From the NCBI GenBank assembly GCA_951406725.2, contig OX597817.1, positions 107,880,001 through 107,944,000 of the forward strand: 64,000 bases of DNA, given 5' to 3'. The notes below the pieces were generated by a model. It had not been told where the DNA came from, ran no database searches, and worked only from the letters and a program-made list of their open reading frames with translations. Both the position numbers and the translations under genes were made by a program. Of the stretch, positions 28,111-43,276 are shown in pieces (position 1 is the stretch's first letter; the number at the start of each line of letters is the position of its first letter). The stretch comes from Octopus vulgaris (taxonomy: Eukaryota).

Positions 28111-28465
28111 TAAACATCCTGTACGTGAATGGAATTATACTAGAAGACTAGCTTGCTACCGACATTGCAGTTGCTGCTGTTATTGCAGCCGCTGCTACTA
28201 CTGCAGAGGCTGCTGTTGTAATTACAGTAACGTCAATAAATGTAAAAAGTAAAATAACAATAACAATCATTTAAAATTAATTGAGTCTATTTATTATTAT
28301 TCTTGTCTTTTCCGGTTGAAACATTGCTGCCAAGCTTAGACAGTCTAGCAGCTCTTCAGTAGCCTTGAGTGCACTTACTTGACGTCTTTCTATAATTACA
28401 CTAGAATGTCCAGCGTAACCTTTCAATGACTCCCACTAAATGTCTCAGGGAATGACGGGGCGAAG

Positions 28466-28544
<79 letters not shown>

Positions 28545-30970
28545 AAGAGAGAATAGGAGGAGGAGAGCATCATACGAAGCCTTATGTCAAAGGAAAGCAG
28601 ACAAACTAGAAAGGAGGAAGAGCTGTCAATGAAGACTGCTTGCATGTAGGCTAGGTCAACAATCACTGAATGAGATGCGGTGGATGTAAGGTAGTTGTAG
28701 TGGCTGTAAGGGTTTTTAAAGTGAGGGAAATGTAGGCTACTGGGTGAAAACCTCTTCCTCTGAAGAAGACGTCTTGTTTTGGTTTGTAATGGTACTTTGT
28801 TTTATTTGCTTTGAATGTACGTCTTTTTGCTCCTTCATATCTCTTAAGTTCATTCACGAAAGTAAAAATCAGTCCCCGAGTGAGTGAAAATATAAAATTT
28901 TCAGGCAATGCTAAAGTAAAACGTCGAAGTTAAATAAACGTCATTTACAGTGGTCATTTTCCTATCAGCTGTGGATTCAACATCTAATCTGATTCTAGAC
29001 TATTCTGAATTGTAGTTCCAACTGTAATTTAATTATGCAGCACTGAAAAAGGATTAAGTTAATGATGGTTGTTACAGCTTCCCAGAGACTAGTCTACCTT
29101 TCTAGAAAAATAAAATTATGAAAATTTCATTACCATCTAGATAGAAATCTACAGAGAGTTGTATGCAACTTTCTTTACCGAGTGTTATATAAATTTCTAT
29201 TTAATGTATTTGTCATATTTTCCGCGAGCAGTTAGCAACTGCCAGCACAATTTAATCCAAATTACTTTAAGCGGTTGCTGTCTAGTGTAATTATTGTTGG
29301 CTTAAACGACCGTGTAGTTTTATATCTAGTCTCACTTGATCTTTTTGAACAATCTCTCAGTTTTATATAAAAAAAATACAGAGAATACACTTTTTTTAAT
29401 GAGACAGAAAACAACTTATTCAACAAGACTTTTCAAGATTAACATTTTCTTGTGTTATTTATGGATCTTCTGATTTTTACTTATTTGTTGTATAAATGTA
29501 CCTGTAAAAGAAATATAGTTTCTCGTAGATTGAGGTAACCTTCCCAAGTATGAAACTAAACTATTTATTATTTAGAAAACTCGATGCTCTTTCGATGATA
29601 CTGCTAATTGAAATATCTCATTCTTAAAAGACGTGAGAAATTTTCGTACCACACAACAAGCTACAGAGCGTGGTACAGATGAATGCACGCCTACAGAAAC
29701 ATATGCACCTACATAATGTGATATCACAGTGTTACTTGGTAAATTATACATAAAAAATGTTGCAGTTGATTGTTAATTACAGATATTAGTGCTCAAAATC
29801 CTATAGAAGCCACCAAAATTATTATTATACATGTATATGAAAATTGTCAAACTGCCAATCATTTTCTGCACATTCGTTTACCACCAACCCAAGAGTAAAA
29901 ATCACCCTCCGGCAGGTGATATCGCTTACGTTAAAAAACTCCGATCTAGATAAAGCCTCATTTCACTCAGACGTTAAACTCTTACAATGAACAAATGCAT
30001 CCAGTACAAGGCCATCTAAGAAGCCTTATAGGTTTCTGGGAAAATCAATGCACTGGACCATACAGATGTTCAGTTTGACTCACAGGTTTTTAAATTAATT
30101 TTTTTAACTAAACAGTTTGAAACTTTGTATACTGGTGGAATGTCTCAGGCAGAACACGGTTTACTTTGAACATTGAACTTTGACAAAATTTGGTATTTTA
30201 GAAGTTATTTCGTCTTAAAGTTGTATTTAGGTAATTTCAACCAATCAACGACGTGTATTCGGCTGAAGACAGCTAATGCTGTTTGCGATAGTAATCGAAG
30301 AGGAACAACTTTCGGTCCATTTCTACTAGTCAGCACTGTGCATTCCTTTGGCTCACAGATCTGTGAGCCAAACTGAGCAGATCCATCAAAACAAAAGTTT
30401 TGTGGTCATAAATAGTGAAAGAAGTATGTGGTGATATCTTGATATGTTTGTTGTGACCATCATAGGGCAAGATGTAAACTCGCAGCAGGAATGGTTGTGG
30501 GATTAAGAGGTTCGCTTTGCAATCACGTGGCCCAGGTTCAATCACGTTGCACAGCACCTTAGGCAAATTCATATATAAACAGGTACAGGCGTCCATTTTC
30601 ATTCAGAAGAGTGCAATTTCCTATTCGTATCAGCTTTGCAATGTCTATCAATAAATCCCAGAGTTAAACACTGTCTGTGGTAGAACTTCACTTGGAAGAA
30701 TCATGGTTCTCACACGAGAAATTAAATATTGGCAGCTCTAGAATGGGAAGCAAAAAAGATCTATTTGCATTTGTTCCACAAGAGAAAACAAAGAATATTG
30801 TTTACAAAGAGGTTTTGTAGGAATTCCATCCTACGATGCGCTCCCGTATCCAATGCTCTTTGTGAATGGTGAAGATGGAAACCATTTCGGTATAACATCA
30901 ACAAACCCGAAGACTGCATTAACAAAGCAGTTTCCTGCATGAACTTCAGTATCAAAGCATATTCTCCAAT

Positions 30971-32214
30971 TATCAGGTCATCCCATAAGTTCTGTCTGCA
31001 TTTTGAATAAAGAAAACAAGTGATCAAATGTTTTATTTAATTGAAATTTAATCATCTATGTACTTTCCCTGATTACCTATGACACCCTTCCATCTATTTA
31101 CAAGCTTTTTAATCCTATCAATGTAAAACTCTTTTGGTTTCAAAATGAAGAACTCTGAAATGTTAGTTTCGACCTCCTGGCTTGCGAAGGTTATGTCCCC
31201 CAAATGATTCTGTAAACTACGAAACAAATGGTAGTCTGAAGGAGCAAGGTCGGGAGAATAAGGTGGATGAAGAATTTTTTCTCAGCCAAGATCTTCGATC
31301 TTCTGTGATGTGATCTTTGCAGTGTGGGGTCCTGATGAAACATCACTCTTTTTCGTTTCACTTAAGTGGGTCTTTTTTCCTTCAAAGCTTGGTTCAAACG
31401 TTCCAATTGTTGACAGTAGACTTGAGCATTGATTGTTGCATTAGGTTGTAACAACTCAAAGTGAATTACTCCTTTGCAATCCCACCAGATAGAGAGAAGA
31501 ACCTTTTTCACATGAAGTTCCCCTCTCGGTTGTGGTTGAGCTTTTTCCCTTTTACCAAGCCACTGTTTACGACGTTTAACATTTCGATAGAAGATCCATT
31601 TCTCATTACCAGTCACAAGTCTATCCAAAAAGGGTGAAATGAGTTCGCGAGAATGGACAGAAAAGCAGATGTCAACTCGGGATTTGCGGTTGCTTTCGGA
31701 CAATTCATGAGGCACACATTTACCAAGTTTAAGAACCTTTCCAAGTTGTTGAAGATGACGATGAACTGTTGTATGGTTTAAATTAAGCTTTATTGCCATT
31801 TCTTCAACTTATAATGCAAGATTTACTTCAAGTAATGCCTCAGGGAGCTTATCATCAAACTCAACAGGATGTCATGTTTGATCTTCATCTTCATGGCTGA
31901 AATCTCCACTTCTGAATTTTGCAAACCATCTTCTGCAAGTGTATGTTTCGAGTCGCTTCGGCTGTAGAGTTTCCTATTTTGTACTTATAAAGCATTATGT
32001 ACCTCAAATGCTCTTTGGATACTCCCGTGTTAGAGAGGGTTTTAATCAAAGAAATTTTAATTCTACTATTCTGTAAAATAATATTCAATTAGTTTAAATG
32101 TACACAAATGCATAAAAATAATTTTAAATTCCATTAGACATTCTAAAATACTATTAATTTCATTCAATTTAAAAAAAAGGTAAAATCGGACAGAACTTAT
32201 GGGATGACCCGATA
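30971..32214 (-). mobile_element. Full-length (~1.24 kb) mariner transposon with inactivated transposase
   Basis: TIRs TA-TC(A/G)GGTCATCCCATAAGTTCTGTC at both ends; CVPHEL, VTGNEKW, LSIWWD and HPPYSPDLAPSDYHLF motifs; frameshifts. Confidence 0.95.
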
Positions 32215-33905
32215 CTTCCACCAACCACACGGTAAGCCATTACGCCTTATTTTTTCAAGTAATTCATTGCTACATTTTCTCATGTGACTACGTAGGCTCA
32301 GTTTATGTTTCTTGTTCTACAGCCACACCAGCAATCCAATGTCAACCCTTCGCCTTCTGCAACATTTCAACAGGTTATTTCCCCGTTGCCGTCTCCCTTT
32401 GCAGCCCCTTTCTGGAATGTACCCATTTACGTACAATATTTCCATTATACCTACATTCATTCAACTGTCAACCATACAATGGGTCGTGTTACACGCAGCC
32501 CCGACCGCCGCAAAGGAGAGTATATCCACTGACAGCTTTTCAGTGGGTTCAAAAATCACATATACCCCACCCCCAATTTTTCGAGAGGTTAGGGCCTGGA
32601 ATACTCCAGACGGACGCATGACATGTAGCTTAGTTGAATTAGCTCATCATTTACGCCACAAATGTTTTGTCGTTAATGCTGCACTTTCCCACATCACCTG
32701 CTTCAATATAACTGTAATACATATACAAACTTTAATTCCGAGCAATGCCGGATATTTCCGCTAGTACATGATATGTAAGCTTTAGAGAAGAAAGGAAAAA
32801 AAGCTTATTGCATGAAAACTGCTGCATCTTTTGTAAATAATATTTAGGTGCACTAACATTGTGCATGGTCAATTTGCTCTTCCTGTCCCATATTTTATTT
32901 TATGAACGTCATAGGCACAGTAGCCACGTTTCAGGTTTACGAGAAAAGCAAAAACCTGTTTCTACTTAAGGACAATGACTGGTTTGCAAGTTAGCTAAAA
33001 TGACCGAGAAACTAAATACAGGGTAGATACAACGTAAATTTAGTGTTAAACTCTGTGACAATGAAATATTGACACAAATTTGCAAATTTCTGAGGGTTTA
33101 AAGGCACAAGGCCTGAAATTTTGTGGGAGGGGGCTAGTCGATTACATCGACCCCAGTGTTTCACTGGTACTTAATTTATCGATCCCGAAAGGACGAAAAG
33201 CAGAGTCGACCTCGGCGGAATAAGTATATTTATATTGTCAATACATTTATATTATATACTGGCCCGCATACGCATTGCACATTTAAAAATGCACGATACG
33301 CGCTCGCATGCATACAGGAGCAGTCCAATGGTCATAGATGTTCCATTTTTTTTTTTTACTAAATATAATGTATCGAATGTCCATCAATAAAGTTTTCCAT
33401 TTTTAAGACTTTTGAATGTAATTTGAGAGAGATTTGGATGCTTTTTCTTGCAGCGGAAGTGACTGTGTAAGGTTTCCGCTTTGTCTCCATCTATTTTTTT
33501 TTCGTCATCACCGTCGTTATCCTATTGATCAGATGAATTTCAGCGGTGACCATCCTGTCTTTTTGCATATCGAAAACAACATTGGTCAACGGATGTCTTT
33601 TTTAATTTTTATTCGGTTACTATTCCTGCAGATCTAGTGACAAGTATGGGGGTTAATATATATCAAAATATAATCCAACAAAGCCTTGTGTGAACACGGA
33701 AACAGAAAAGCGTATTTTTCGTGAATAATCCTGTCATGTTTGTTTTAAGAATGCCTTGTAAGTTTTGTTACAGGTGTCTGCGCTCTGAGTTCAAATCTTG
33801 CCGAAGTCAATTTTTTCCATCTTTTCGTGTGTGGGGTGGGTGGGGGGGAGGGCGATGAGCGAGGTTGTTGACAAGTAATGTATCAGTTCATGACTGAGGG
33901 CGATT

Positions 33906-34020
33906 TCTTTTTCTTCTTCTTCTTCTTCTTCTTCTTCTTCTTCTTCTTCTTCTTCTTCTTCTTCTTCTTCTTCTTCTTCTTCTTCTTCTTCTTCTTCTTC
34001 TTCTTCTTCTTCTTCCTCCT
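33906..34020. repeat. (TTC)n microsatellite
   Basis: Direct inspection. Confidence 0.95.
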
Positions 34021-34480
34021 CCTCCCTCCCACCACTGTCTCAGGAAAAATTCGGCTCTGATCTGACCTGTTGAAGAATGATCCACCCAGACGTTTTTAGG
34101 ATGTCCCAAACTCACCGTGAAATGTGACATCGGTGCTTCTACGACTTCATCACATGTTGAAGGCAGATTGCAAAGTAAGCGTTATCTTGAGTACAAGAGG
34201 GTAAGGATAAGGATAAGTTGGGATCCGAGTAAAATGAAAATCTGAAAAAAAAAAAAAAAAAAAAAGAGAGAGAGGGAAAGATGGGACTGGGGTGATTTAC
34301 TGCCCTAAGAGAGTAAAAAATATAGGTGATTGACAGTTACCCTTTGAATCATGTTAACAACTACTACGACGTTAGCAATAGCAGTAGAGACGCAACACCT
34401 AACAAGGGTAGCAGCAACAAATCTAGCAGTAACCACTTCAACAACAACAACAACAGCAGCAGCAGCAACAACAACAACAC

Positions 34481-34670
34481 TGGAGGTGCAATGGCCCAGT
34501 GGTTAGGGCAGCGGACTCGCGGTCGTAAGAACGCGGTTTCGATTCCCAGATCGGGCATTGTAAGTGTTTATTGAGCAAAAACACCTAAGCTCCACGAGGC
34601 TCCGGCGGGGAGGGGTGGTGAACCCCGCTGAACTCTTTCACCACAACTTTCTCTCACTCTTTCTTCCTAA
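34481..34670 (+). mobile_element. tRNA-head SINE (head family of 3894-4195), followed by a ~280-bp segment ending in (GAA)n
   Basis: GGAGGTGCAATGGCCCAGTGGTTAG..GGTTTCGATTCCCAG. Confidence 0.75.
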
Positions 34671-35204
34671 TTTTGCCACAAAGCAGAAGAAGAACCATGG
34701 TGTAACCCACTATGGTGTGGTAAACTTTCAGACCCTAGTCTAGATTACGAATCCTCTGTACCACAGGATGCTTCAGCTCTCCACCCGTTAAAAGCCATCG
34801 TTTACGGAATGAGGATAACAACGTAGCTTTCGCGCCCGTGCAACCGCCAGTCTATCGCGTGTGGTGGGTGGATCTTCAAGTTGCCACACGCATTCTTAGT
34901 AGCAAAGAGTAGGATCGAATTAGAGATTATTCTTTGTGGTTAATGGCGTGAGTCCTGATTGGGAGAAGAAGAAGAAGAAGAAGAAGAAGAAGAAGAAGAA
35001 GAAGAAGAAGAAGAAGAAGAAGCAACAACAACAGGGGTGAAAATGATACTGAGAACAACACCTACAAGACAAAGCATTTACTTAAAGCAATGAATATACA
35101 TAAATTGACGGAACGTATATATGAGAGCATGTGCAGGTCTATGTACGTGTGTGAATGGATACGATACTTTATTATGTATCAAAGCTTCTGTACAGGCACA
35201 GGCG

Positions 35205-35470
35205 ATCCGTTACTTTCCACTATGAGGATTCCAGTTGCAAGTGGCTGAGCGCTCCACAGACACGTGTACCTTTAACGTAGTTCTGAGTGAGACTGAGCAT
35301 GAGAAAGAGTGTGACAAAGCTGGCCCTTGAAATTATAGGTACAACTCATTTTTGCAAGCTGAGTGGTTTGGAGCAACGTGAAATAAAGTGTCTTGCTTAA
35401 GAACACAACGTACCGCCGGGAATCGAACTGACGACCTAACGATCGTGAGCTGAACAATTAAGCACCTTCA
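35205..35470 (-). mobile_element. tRNA-derived SINE related to 22387-22715
   Basis: Shared GCAAGACACTTTATTTCACGTTGCTCCA body. Confidence 0.7.
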
Positions 35471-35509
35471 CTTAGAGTTTCTGTATAAATACATACATAC
35501 ATACATTCT

Positions 35510-35893
35510 TAGCTGTGTGGTAAGAAGCTTGCTTTCCAACAACATGGTTCCGGGTTCAGTCCCACTGCGTGGCACCTCGGGCAGGTGTCTTCTACAATAG
35601 CCTCGGGCCGACCAAAGACTTGTGAGTGGATTTGGTAGACGGAAACTGAAAGAAGGCCGTCGTATATGTGTATATGTAAGTATACGTTTGTGTGTCTGTG
35701 TTTGTCTCCTCACCATCGCTTGACAACCGATGTTGGTGTGTTTACGTCCCTGTAACTTAACGGTTCGGCAAAAGTGGCCGACAGAATAAGTATTAGGCTT
35801 ACAAAGAATAAGTCCTGAAGTCGATTTGTCCTACTAAAGGAGGTTCTCCAGCATGGCCGCAGTCAGATGTCTGAAACAAATAAAAGAATAAAA
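35510..35893 (+). mobile_element. OK/OR-like SINE, full length
   Basis: Matches 13778-14173. Confidence 0.85.
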
Positions 35894-35982
35894 GGTTATA
35901 TATATATGTATGTATATGTATATATATACATATATATATTTATGCGTGTATATATTTATGCGTGTATATATATATATATGTA

Positions 35983-36037
<55 letters not shown>

Positions 36038-36099
36038 ATATATATATATATATATATCAATAAATGGTGGGGTTGTGTTGACCGCACGTGGAGAAATGA

Positions 36100-36313
36100 T
36101 AAGCAAGGAAAAATTGAAAAAAGGTAGAATGCTAAATTGAAAGAAAATTTTAATGAAAATGGGTGTATGGAAAAAGTTTTTGAAAATTTGATAAAATATA
36201 TAAATATATGTATTTATATATTTTATCAATTTTTCAAAAACTTTTTCCATACACCCATTTTCATTAAAATTTTCTTTCAATTTAGCATTCTGCCTTTTTA
36301 CAATTTTTCCTTG

Positions 36314-36317
<4 letters not shown>
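36100..36317. repeat. Near-perfect ~218-bp palindrome between (TA)n tracts
   Basis: AAGCAAGGAAAAATTG..GGGTGTATGGAAAAAG..|..CTTTTTCCATACACCC..CAATTTTTCCTTGCTT with almost no spacer. Confidence 0.9.
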
Positions 36318-36358
<41 letters not shown>

Positions 36359-36377
36359 CATGTATGCATATTTATAT

Positions 36378-36826
36378 ATGGTAGATTCCCTTATCGTAGA
36401 CGACAGATGAGGGTTCCGCAACTTCTTGCTGAGCAACCTGCACAGATGATTTGTTTATAGCGATCAAATATTTGTGCTGTACGCTAGATGACACCTTCTT
36501 TCAAATAAGCATTACCTGAACAGGTGCACAGTGTGCCACACGGCAGATGTCAGAAATGTATGTATGTGTGTGTGAGTATTTATATATGTATGTTTGCATG
36601 TATGGATGGATGTCTGTACGCATGAATATATATACATATATATATACATACATATAGGCGTATCTGACATGTAGCACCCAGTTGCACCTGTACAGGTAAT
36701 GTCGATTTGATGGTAGGAGTGAGCTTATGTCTACACAAACAATTGATCACTATAAACAAATCATCTGTGTAGTTGTTAGGTAAGAAATTGTCGAACCCTC
36801 ATACGTCATCTAACGACGGGAGAGCC

Positions 36827-36830
<4 letters not shown>
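36378..36830. mobile_element. MITE-like element with ~90-bp imperfect TIRs
   Basis: ATGAGGGTTC..CACAGATGATTTGTTTATAG vs CTATAAACAAATCATCTGTG..GAACCCTCAT; TA tracts on both flanks. Confidence 0.65.
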
Positions 36831-36869
<39 letters not shown>

Positions 36870-36872
<3 letters not shown>

Positions 36873-37240
36873 GTGATGGACCCAAAAAGTTCCCGGACTA
36901 GTTATATTTTAAAAAAAAAAACTTATTTACGTAAGTTTTAATATCATCTTCTTCGAAATAGTCACCTTTTTTGCAGCGATACACTGGTCGCAGCGTTCCT
37001 GCAACTTTTTGGAATCCGCCCTGGAGGTCGTCTCTCGTAAGCGAGCCGTGGACCTTTTGCGGTTCGCTCTGGATCTCGACACTGATGTTAAAACAGCGAC
37101 CTTAGAGCTGCATTTTCATCTTGGGGAGGAGATGGCAGTCCGCAGGTGCTAAATCTAGCGAATAGGCAGGGTGCAGAAGCAGTACGATGTTGTTTATGGC
37201 GAGAAACTCACAAATACGTTGAAACTGACGGGAGAATACA
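36870..37240 (-). mobile_element. mariner 3' fragment
   Basis: LHPAYSLDLAPADCHLLPKMK motif; TACG..CCCAAAAAGTTCCCGGACT terminus. Confidence 0.75.
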
Positions 37241-37262
37241 TTATATATATATATATTATATA

Positions 37263-38018
37263 CTAGCTTAAGGTGACCCGCTCTACGCGCGGGTAAGAGT
37301 GTGGTTCTTACTTTCTGTTTTTTATCACCACATTCTCCCTCTTTGTTTCTCTCTCCTTTGTCTCTCACTTTCCCACTCTCTTACTCTTCCTTTCTCTCGG
37401 ACTCTCCCTCACTTTCTCTTACTCTCTATCTTTCTCTATCTCTCTCCCATTTATAAACAACAAAAGATCTTGAGTAAGTTGAGAAAGTAAAATATTTTGA
37501 AAGATCAATCATAAATATCAGGCAGTGACAACGGAAAGGTCTGCTTCAAGGCAGACAGCAAAACACTAACATTTAAAAGGGACAGACGAACTTGCGAGCT
37601 GAATAAAAATAATAAAAATATTGGAAACCAAAGTTTGAAGGGATAGAATGTGAGGATAGTAGAGTTTCCATGGCTGGCATTTCTTAACGACGGACAGCAA
37701 CGCAATGGCAGTTTAACGGCTGGCGTAAAATTTTGAACTTGTTGTAAAAGAAAATTCCTAAACACCAAGTTTTTAAGTGATTCTTTCTCACGACAGTAGA
37801 CTCACCATGGCAAGCATTCAAAAGTTCTTCATCATGGACGGCAACACATTAACGATTTAAAGGCTAGCGCAAATTTTTTAGCTTGATGTAACAGAGAATT
37901 CCTAAACACCCGCTCCTGTAAATTTTAATCACCTTCCAGCCCCATTTAGACCCCTTTTCACATTTTGGTTAATATAACCCGATTTCATTCGGGTCTACTC
38001 GGGCTACATTTTATAAGA
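37263..38018 (-). mobile_element. Non-autonomous Helitron
   Basis: Minus strand: A|TC TTATAAAAT 5' end; 3' hairpin ACCCGC..GCGGGT followed by CTAG|T; inserted at an AT dinucleotide. Confidence 0.75.
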
Positions 38019-38142
38019 TGAGGAATTTTGTCCTAGAGGTCACGCCTTTCATTTGAGGAAAAAAATAGTTGCCATGCAAACTCGCCGGCACTTTTAACAT
38101 AGGTGTGCATATTTTCAGCACAACCGACCACATAATGCACAC

Positions 38143-38195
<53 letters not shown>

Positions 38196-38223
38196 GTATA
38201 TATATATACATATATATACGCAT

Positions 38224-38261
<38 letters not shown>

Positions 38262-38665
38262 CGCATTATATATACAAATGTATACAAATGATATATATAT
38301 ATATAAATTAAATTAGAGATAAAACCACTATCAGGCAAATGAAACAGTGAAAACATAACCCAAAACATAAAAATAGAAATATAATGTACAAAATATATAA
38401 AATATTAAATTAAAAATTAAAATTATTAATTTATATTTATAATTAAAAAAATATATATATAACTATCAAAAAGTATAAAAAAGTTTAATATACATAAATA
38501 CAGATATATACACTTTGTATATATACATTATATATACATATTTATATATAGAACACACACACACATATATAAATGAACGCAATAAATATCTGATTCATAA
38601 TATTTGTTCTCATGATTGTGTGGTGGTGGTGGCGATGATAAAACTCTCTATGAATGCAGACAGAC

Positions 38666-38723
<58 letters not shown>

Positions 38724-38945
38724 TGTGTGTGTGTGAAAGCGCTGTTAGACGCCGTTATCGACGTTATATATAGAAAGTGATGGGAAGGGAGGAAAGATAG
38801 TGAGTGAGAGAGGAAGACAGATACATAAAAGACTGAGAGTCGACTTGTCAAAGTGCGTTTTTGGCCCTAGCAACGACGGGATCTAGTGGCCTTTAAACCG
38901 TTCCAGACAAACAAACAAACAAACAAACTTTTCGCATTTCAGTTT

Positions 38946-39000
<55 letters not shown>

Positions 39001-39024
39001 TCTAAAGCGACTATCAGTATTAAT

Positions 39025-39074
<50 letters not shown>

Positions 39075-39110
39075 TAGTGATGCAGCCCTGTGTTGCCCGG
39101 CTGTTATAGC
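39075..39110 (-). mobile_element. Helitron-like 3' terminus (a similar one lies on + at 32737-32765)
   Basis: GC-rich hairpin with a GCAAC loop followed by CTAG-T. Confidence 0.45.
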
Positions 39111-39237
39111 CTACAGCCACATTGTATTATTTGTTCCTTTCTTAGGGGCAGAATCGGCACACAAGGAGTATGACGTAACAACTCTTCTTTATAAACGTTT
39201 TTCGGTCATTTTCTGAAATTGACAGGAGAATGCATCA

Positions 39238-39311
<74 letters not shown>

Positions 39312-39394
39312 GGTCCCGGGTTGATTCGGGGTTAACCACAGTAAATAAGGTACTCAATACATAGCAGAGTAAAATTAATTTATTATATAGAAGG

Positions 39395-39445
39395 AGCTTC
39401 TACAGGACTAGAACTGTTTCATTCAAGAGAAATCTTCAGGAAGCT
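39395..39445 (-). ncRNA. Type I hammerhead (left arm of the inverted duplication)
   Basis: AGCTTC-CTGAAGA-tTTC tctt GAAt-GAAA-CAG ttctagtc CTG-TA-GAAGCT; 6-bp stem I. Confidence 0.75.
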
Positions 39446-39745
39446 AGTTAACAAGAATTGTATTGGCATTTATACATTTAGGCAGGTTTAAAGGGGTGGT
39501 GGTGGGGGACTTTTTGGGGGTTGGCATAGCGCAAAAAAATCATACTTGGGGGAGTGGTCAAGGAGTCAGTGGTAAATTAGATAGAAGAATAAATAAAAGA
39601 ATAAAAAAAGGGAGAATAAAAAAATATATAGAAGAATAGAGTTTTAGGTAAATAAGGAAAATCTCTCTTATACCTATACACATATGTATACATATATACA
39701 CACACACACACACATATTCATACTCACATACATACACACACACCC

Positions 39746-39778
<33 letters not shown>

Positions 39779-40045
39779 TACACATACATACATATATCTA
39801 CACACACATATATATATATGTATATATATATGTATATCTACATATACATACACATATACATGCATATACATATACACACACACATGTATATATACACACA
39901 CACACGACCACACATGCACATATACACAGAAAAAAATATATACATACACACACATACACATACACACATACACACACATATATCCACATACACACATGCA
40001 CACACAACACACAAGTCCCTATATACTCATATATACTTATACACA

Positions 40046-40077
<32 letters not shown>

Positions 40078-40529
40078 CATACATATGTGTACCTATTCAT
40101 ACCTACACATACACACATATATATACATACAAATACAAACCCATTCCCTAATTTTAATTTTATTATCTTCATTTATTACTTTTGTTATCTTTGACCGCTG
40201 GTCACAAGCATCTTGGCTACGACAACTAGTCCCTTTTATCTTTCTACTTGAGCACAAGCACTCACTCACGCACGCACACTCGTTAGCACGCACACTCACT
40301 CATTCGTACACTCATACACATACACGCACGCACGCGTTATATTCATACATACATACATCTACATACATACACGTATATACACATACGTACGCATACCTAC
40401 AGATTCATGTCTACAATCTTAGAAGACTAGTCTATACATATACACCAATAAATATATATATACACATACATATACACCCACATACAAATACATACATACA
40501 TATATATACACACACATATACATACACAT

Positions 40530-40597
<68 letters not shown>

Positions 40598-40755
40598 CCG
40601 CATACATACATACATACATACACCCATACATACATACATATATATATACACACATACACACACCCACACGTATACATATACATACATATACGCGCATGCA
40701 TACACATACAAATACATACACATACACATATACATATACATACATACATATACAC

Positions 40756-40800
<45 letters not shown>

Positions 40801-41175
40801 CATACATATACATACATACATATACGTATATACACACACACATACATACACATATACACATACACGCACATACGCATATACATGCGTACCCATACACACA
40901 CACACACACGCGCATCCATATATACACATAATTGCACACATGCGTAGAAGTATACATATATCTATGCTTACACATACACACACACACTCGCCACTCCTTA
41001 TGTTCATACTTACATGCATACTCAAAAAATAAGTAATAAAATATATATACGTGCCGTTATTCATACATGCATACTCAAAAAATAAATAATAAATGATAAA
41101 TAATAAATATTAAGTATATATACGTGCAGGTACCTATTATACAGACGGATACATACTTATAAACTTACACACACA

Positions 41176-41259
<84 letters not shown>

Positions 41260-41419
41260 TATGTACACATACTTACGCATATGTACATATACATACACAC
41301 ATACATAACTCTACGTACCTACATATACCTAAACACACGAGCGTACACGTATATGTACATATACACATACACATACCCACGCATATATACATACATACAC
41401 ATACATACACGCACATATA

Positions 41420-41453
<34 letters not shown>

Positions 41454-41540
41454 TATACACACATATATATATATATATATATATACACATACACATACCC
41501 ACGCATATATACATACATACACATACATACACGCACATAT

Positions 41541-41576
<36 letters not shown>

Positions 41577-41664
41577 AGATATACACATATATATATATAT
41601 ATATATATACATATACACACATACACACATATATACATACATATACATACACACACATACACAT

Positions 41665-41705
<41 letters not shown>

Positions 41706-41852
41706 TATATATACACATACACATACATACATACACATACATATACATATACACACATACACACACACACATACATATATACACACACACACATACATAT
41801 ACATACACACATACATACACACATATATACACATACATACATATATACACAC

Positions 41853-41883
<31 letters not shown>

Positions 41884-42078
41884 CATATACATGTGTGAAA
41901 ACATACATACATACTCATACACACTCACACACTTACATATACATATATACACACACTTACACACATATACATATATATATATACATATACATACATACAT
42001 ATAAATATATATATACATACATATACATACACACATATCTATACACACATACACATATGTACACATACACACACATAT

Positions 42079-42125
<47 letters not shown>

Positions 42126-42166
42126 CACATACACACACATATATATATATATACACATACATACAT

Positions 42167-42200
<34 letters not shown>

Positions 42201-42587
42201 ACATACACACACACACATATATATATACCCACACCTACACATACACACATATATATATATACATATATACATACATATACACACATACACACACACACAC
42301 ATATATATGTACATACATACACATACACATACATATACACATACATATACATATACACATGCACATACGTATAACTCTACATACCCACATATACATATAT
42401 ATACATATACACACATATACATATATATACACACACATATATATACATATATATATATGTACATATACACACACAAAGATAACAAAAGTAATAAATGAAG
42501 ATAATAAAATTAAAATTAGGGAATGGGTTTGTATTTGTATGTATATATGTGTGTATGTGTAGGTATGAATAGGTACACATATGTATG

Positions 42588-42619
<32 letters not shown>

Positions 42620-43215
42620 TGTGTATAAGTATATATGAGTATATAGGGACTTGTGTGTTGTGTGTGCATGTGTGTATGTGGATATATGTGTGTGTATGTG
42701 TGTATGTGTATGTGTGTGTATGTATATATTTTTTTTGTGTATATGTGCATGTGTGGTCGTGTGTGTGTGTATATATACATGTGTGTGTGTATATGTATAT
42801 GCATGTATATGTGTATGTATATGAAGATATACATATATATATACATATATATATATGTGTGTGTAGATATATGTATGTATGTGTATGTGTGTGTGTATAT
42901 ATATATATATATATGGGTGTGTGTGTATGTATGTGAGTATGTATATGTGTGTGTGTGTGTGTATATATGTATACATATGTGTATAAGTATAAGAGAGATT
43001 TTCCTTATTTACCTAAAACTCTATTCTTCTATATATTTTTTTATTCTCCCTTTTTTTATTCTTTTATTTATTCTTCTATCTAATTTACCACTGACTCCTT
43101 GACCACTCCCTCAAGTATGATTTTTTTGCGCTATGCCTACCCCCAAAAAAGTCCCCCACCACCACCCCTTTAAACCTGCCTAAATGTATAAATGCCAATA
43201 CAATTCTTGTTAACT

Positions 43216-43265
43216 AGCTTCCTGAAGATTTCTCTTGAATGAAACAGTTCTAGTCCTGTAGAAGC
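43216..43265 (+). ncRNA. Type I hammerhead (right arm of the inverted duplication)
   Basis: GCTTC-CTGAAGA-..-GAAA-CAG..CTG-TA-GAAGC. Confidence 0.75.
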
Positions 43266-43276
43266 GCCTTCTATAT

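Noticed and set aside
39558-43102. Long ORFs (up to 404 aa) rich in Y/I/H/T/C/V/M
   Set aside because: Translations of stop-poor (TA)/(CA)/(TACA) microsatellites; the same applies at 4.8-5.5, 7.5-7.9, 25.2-25.8 and 46-50 kb.
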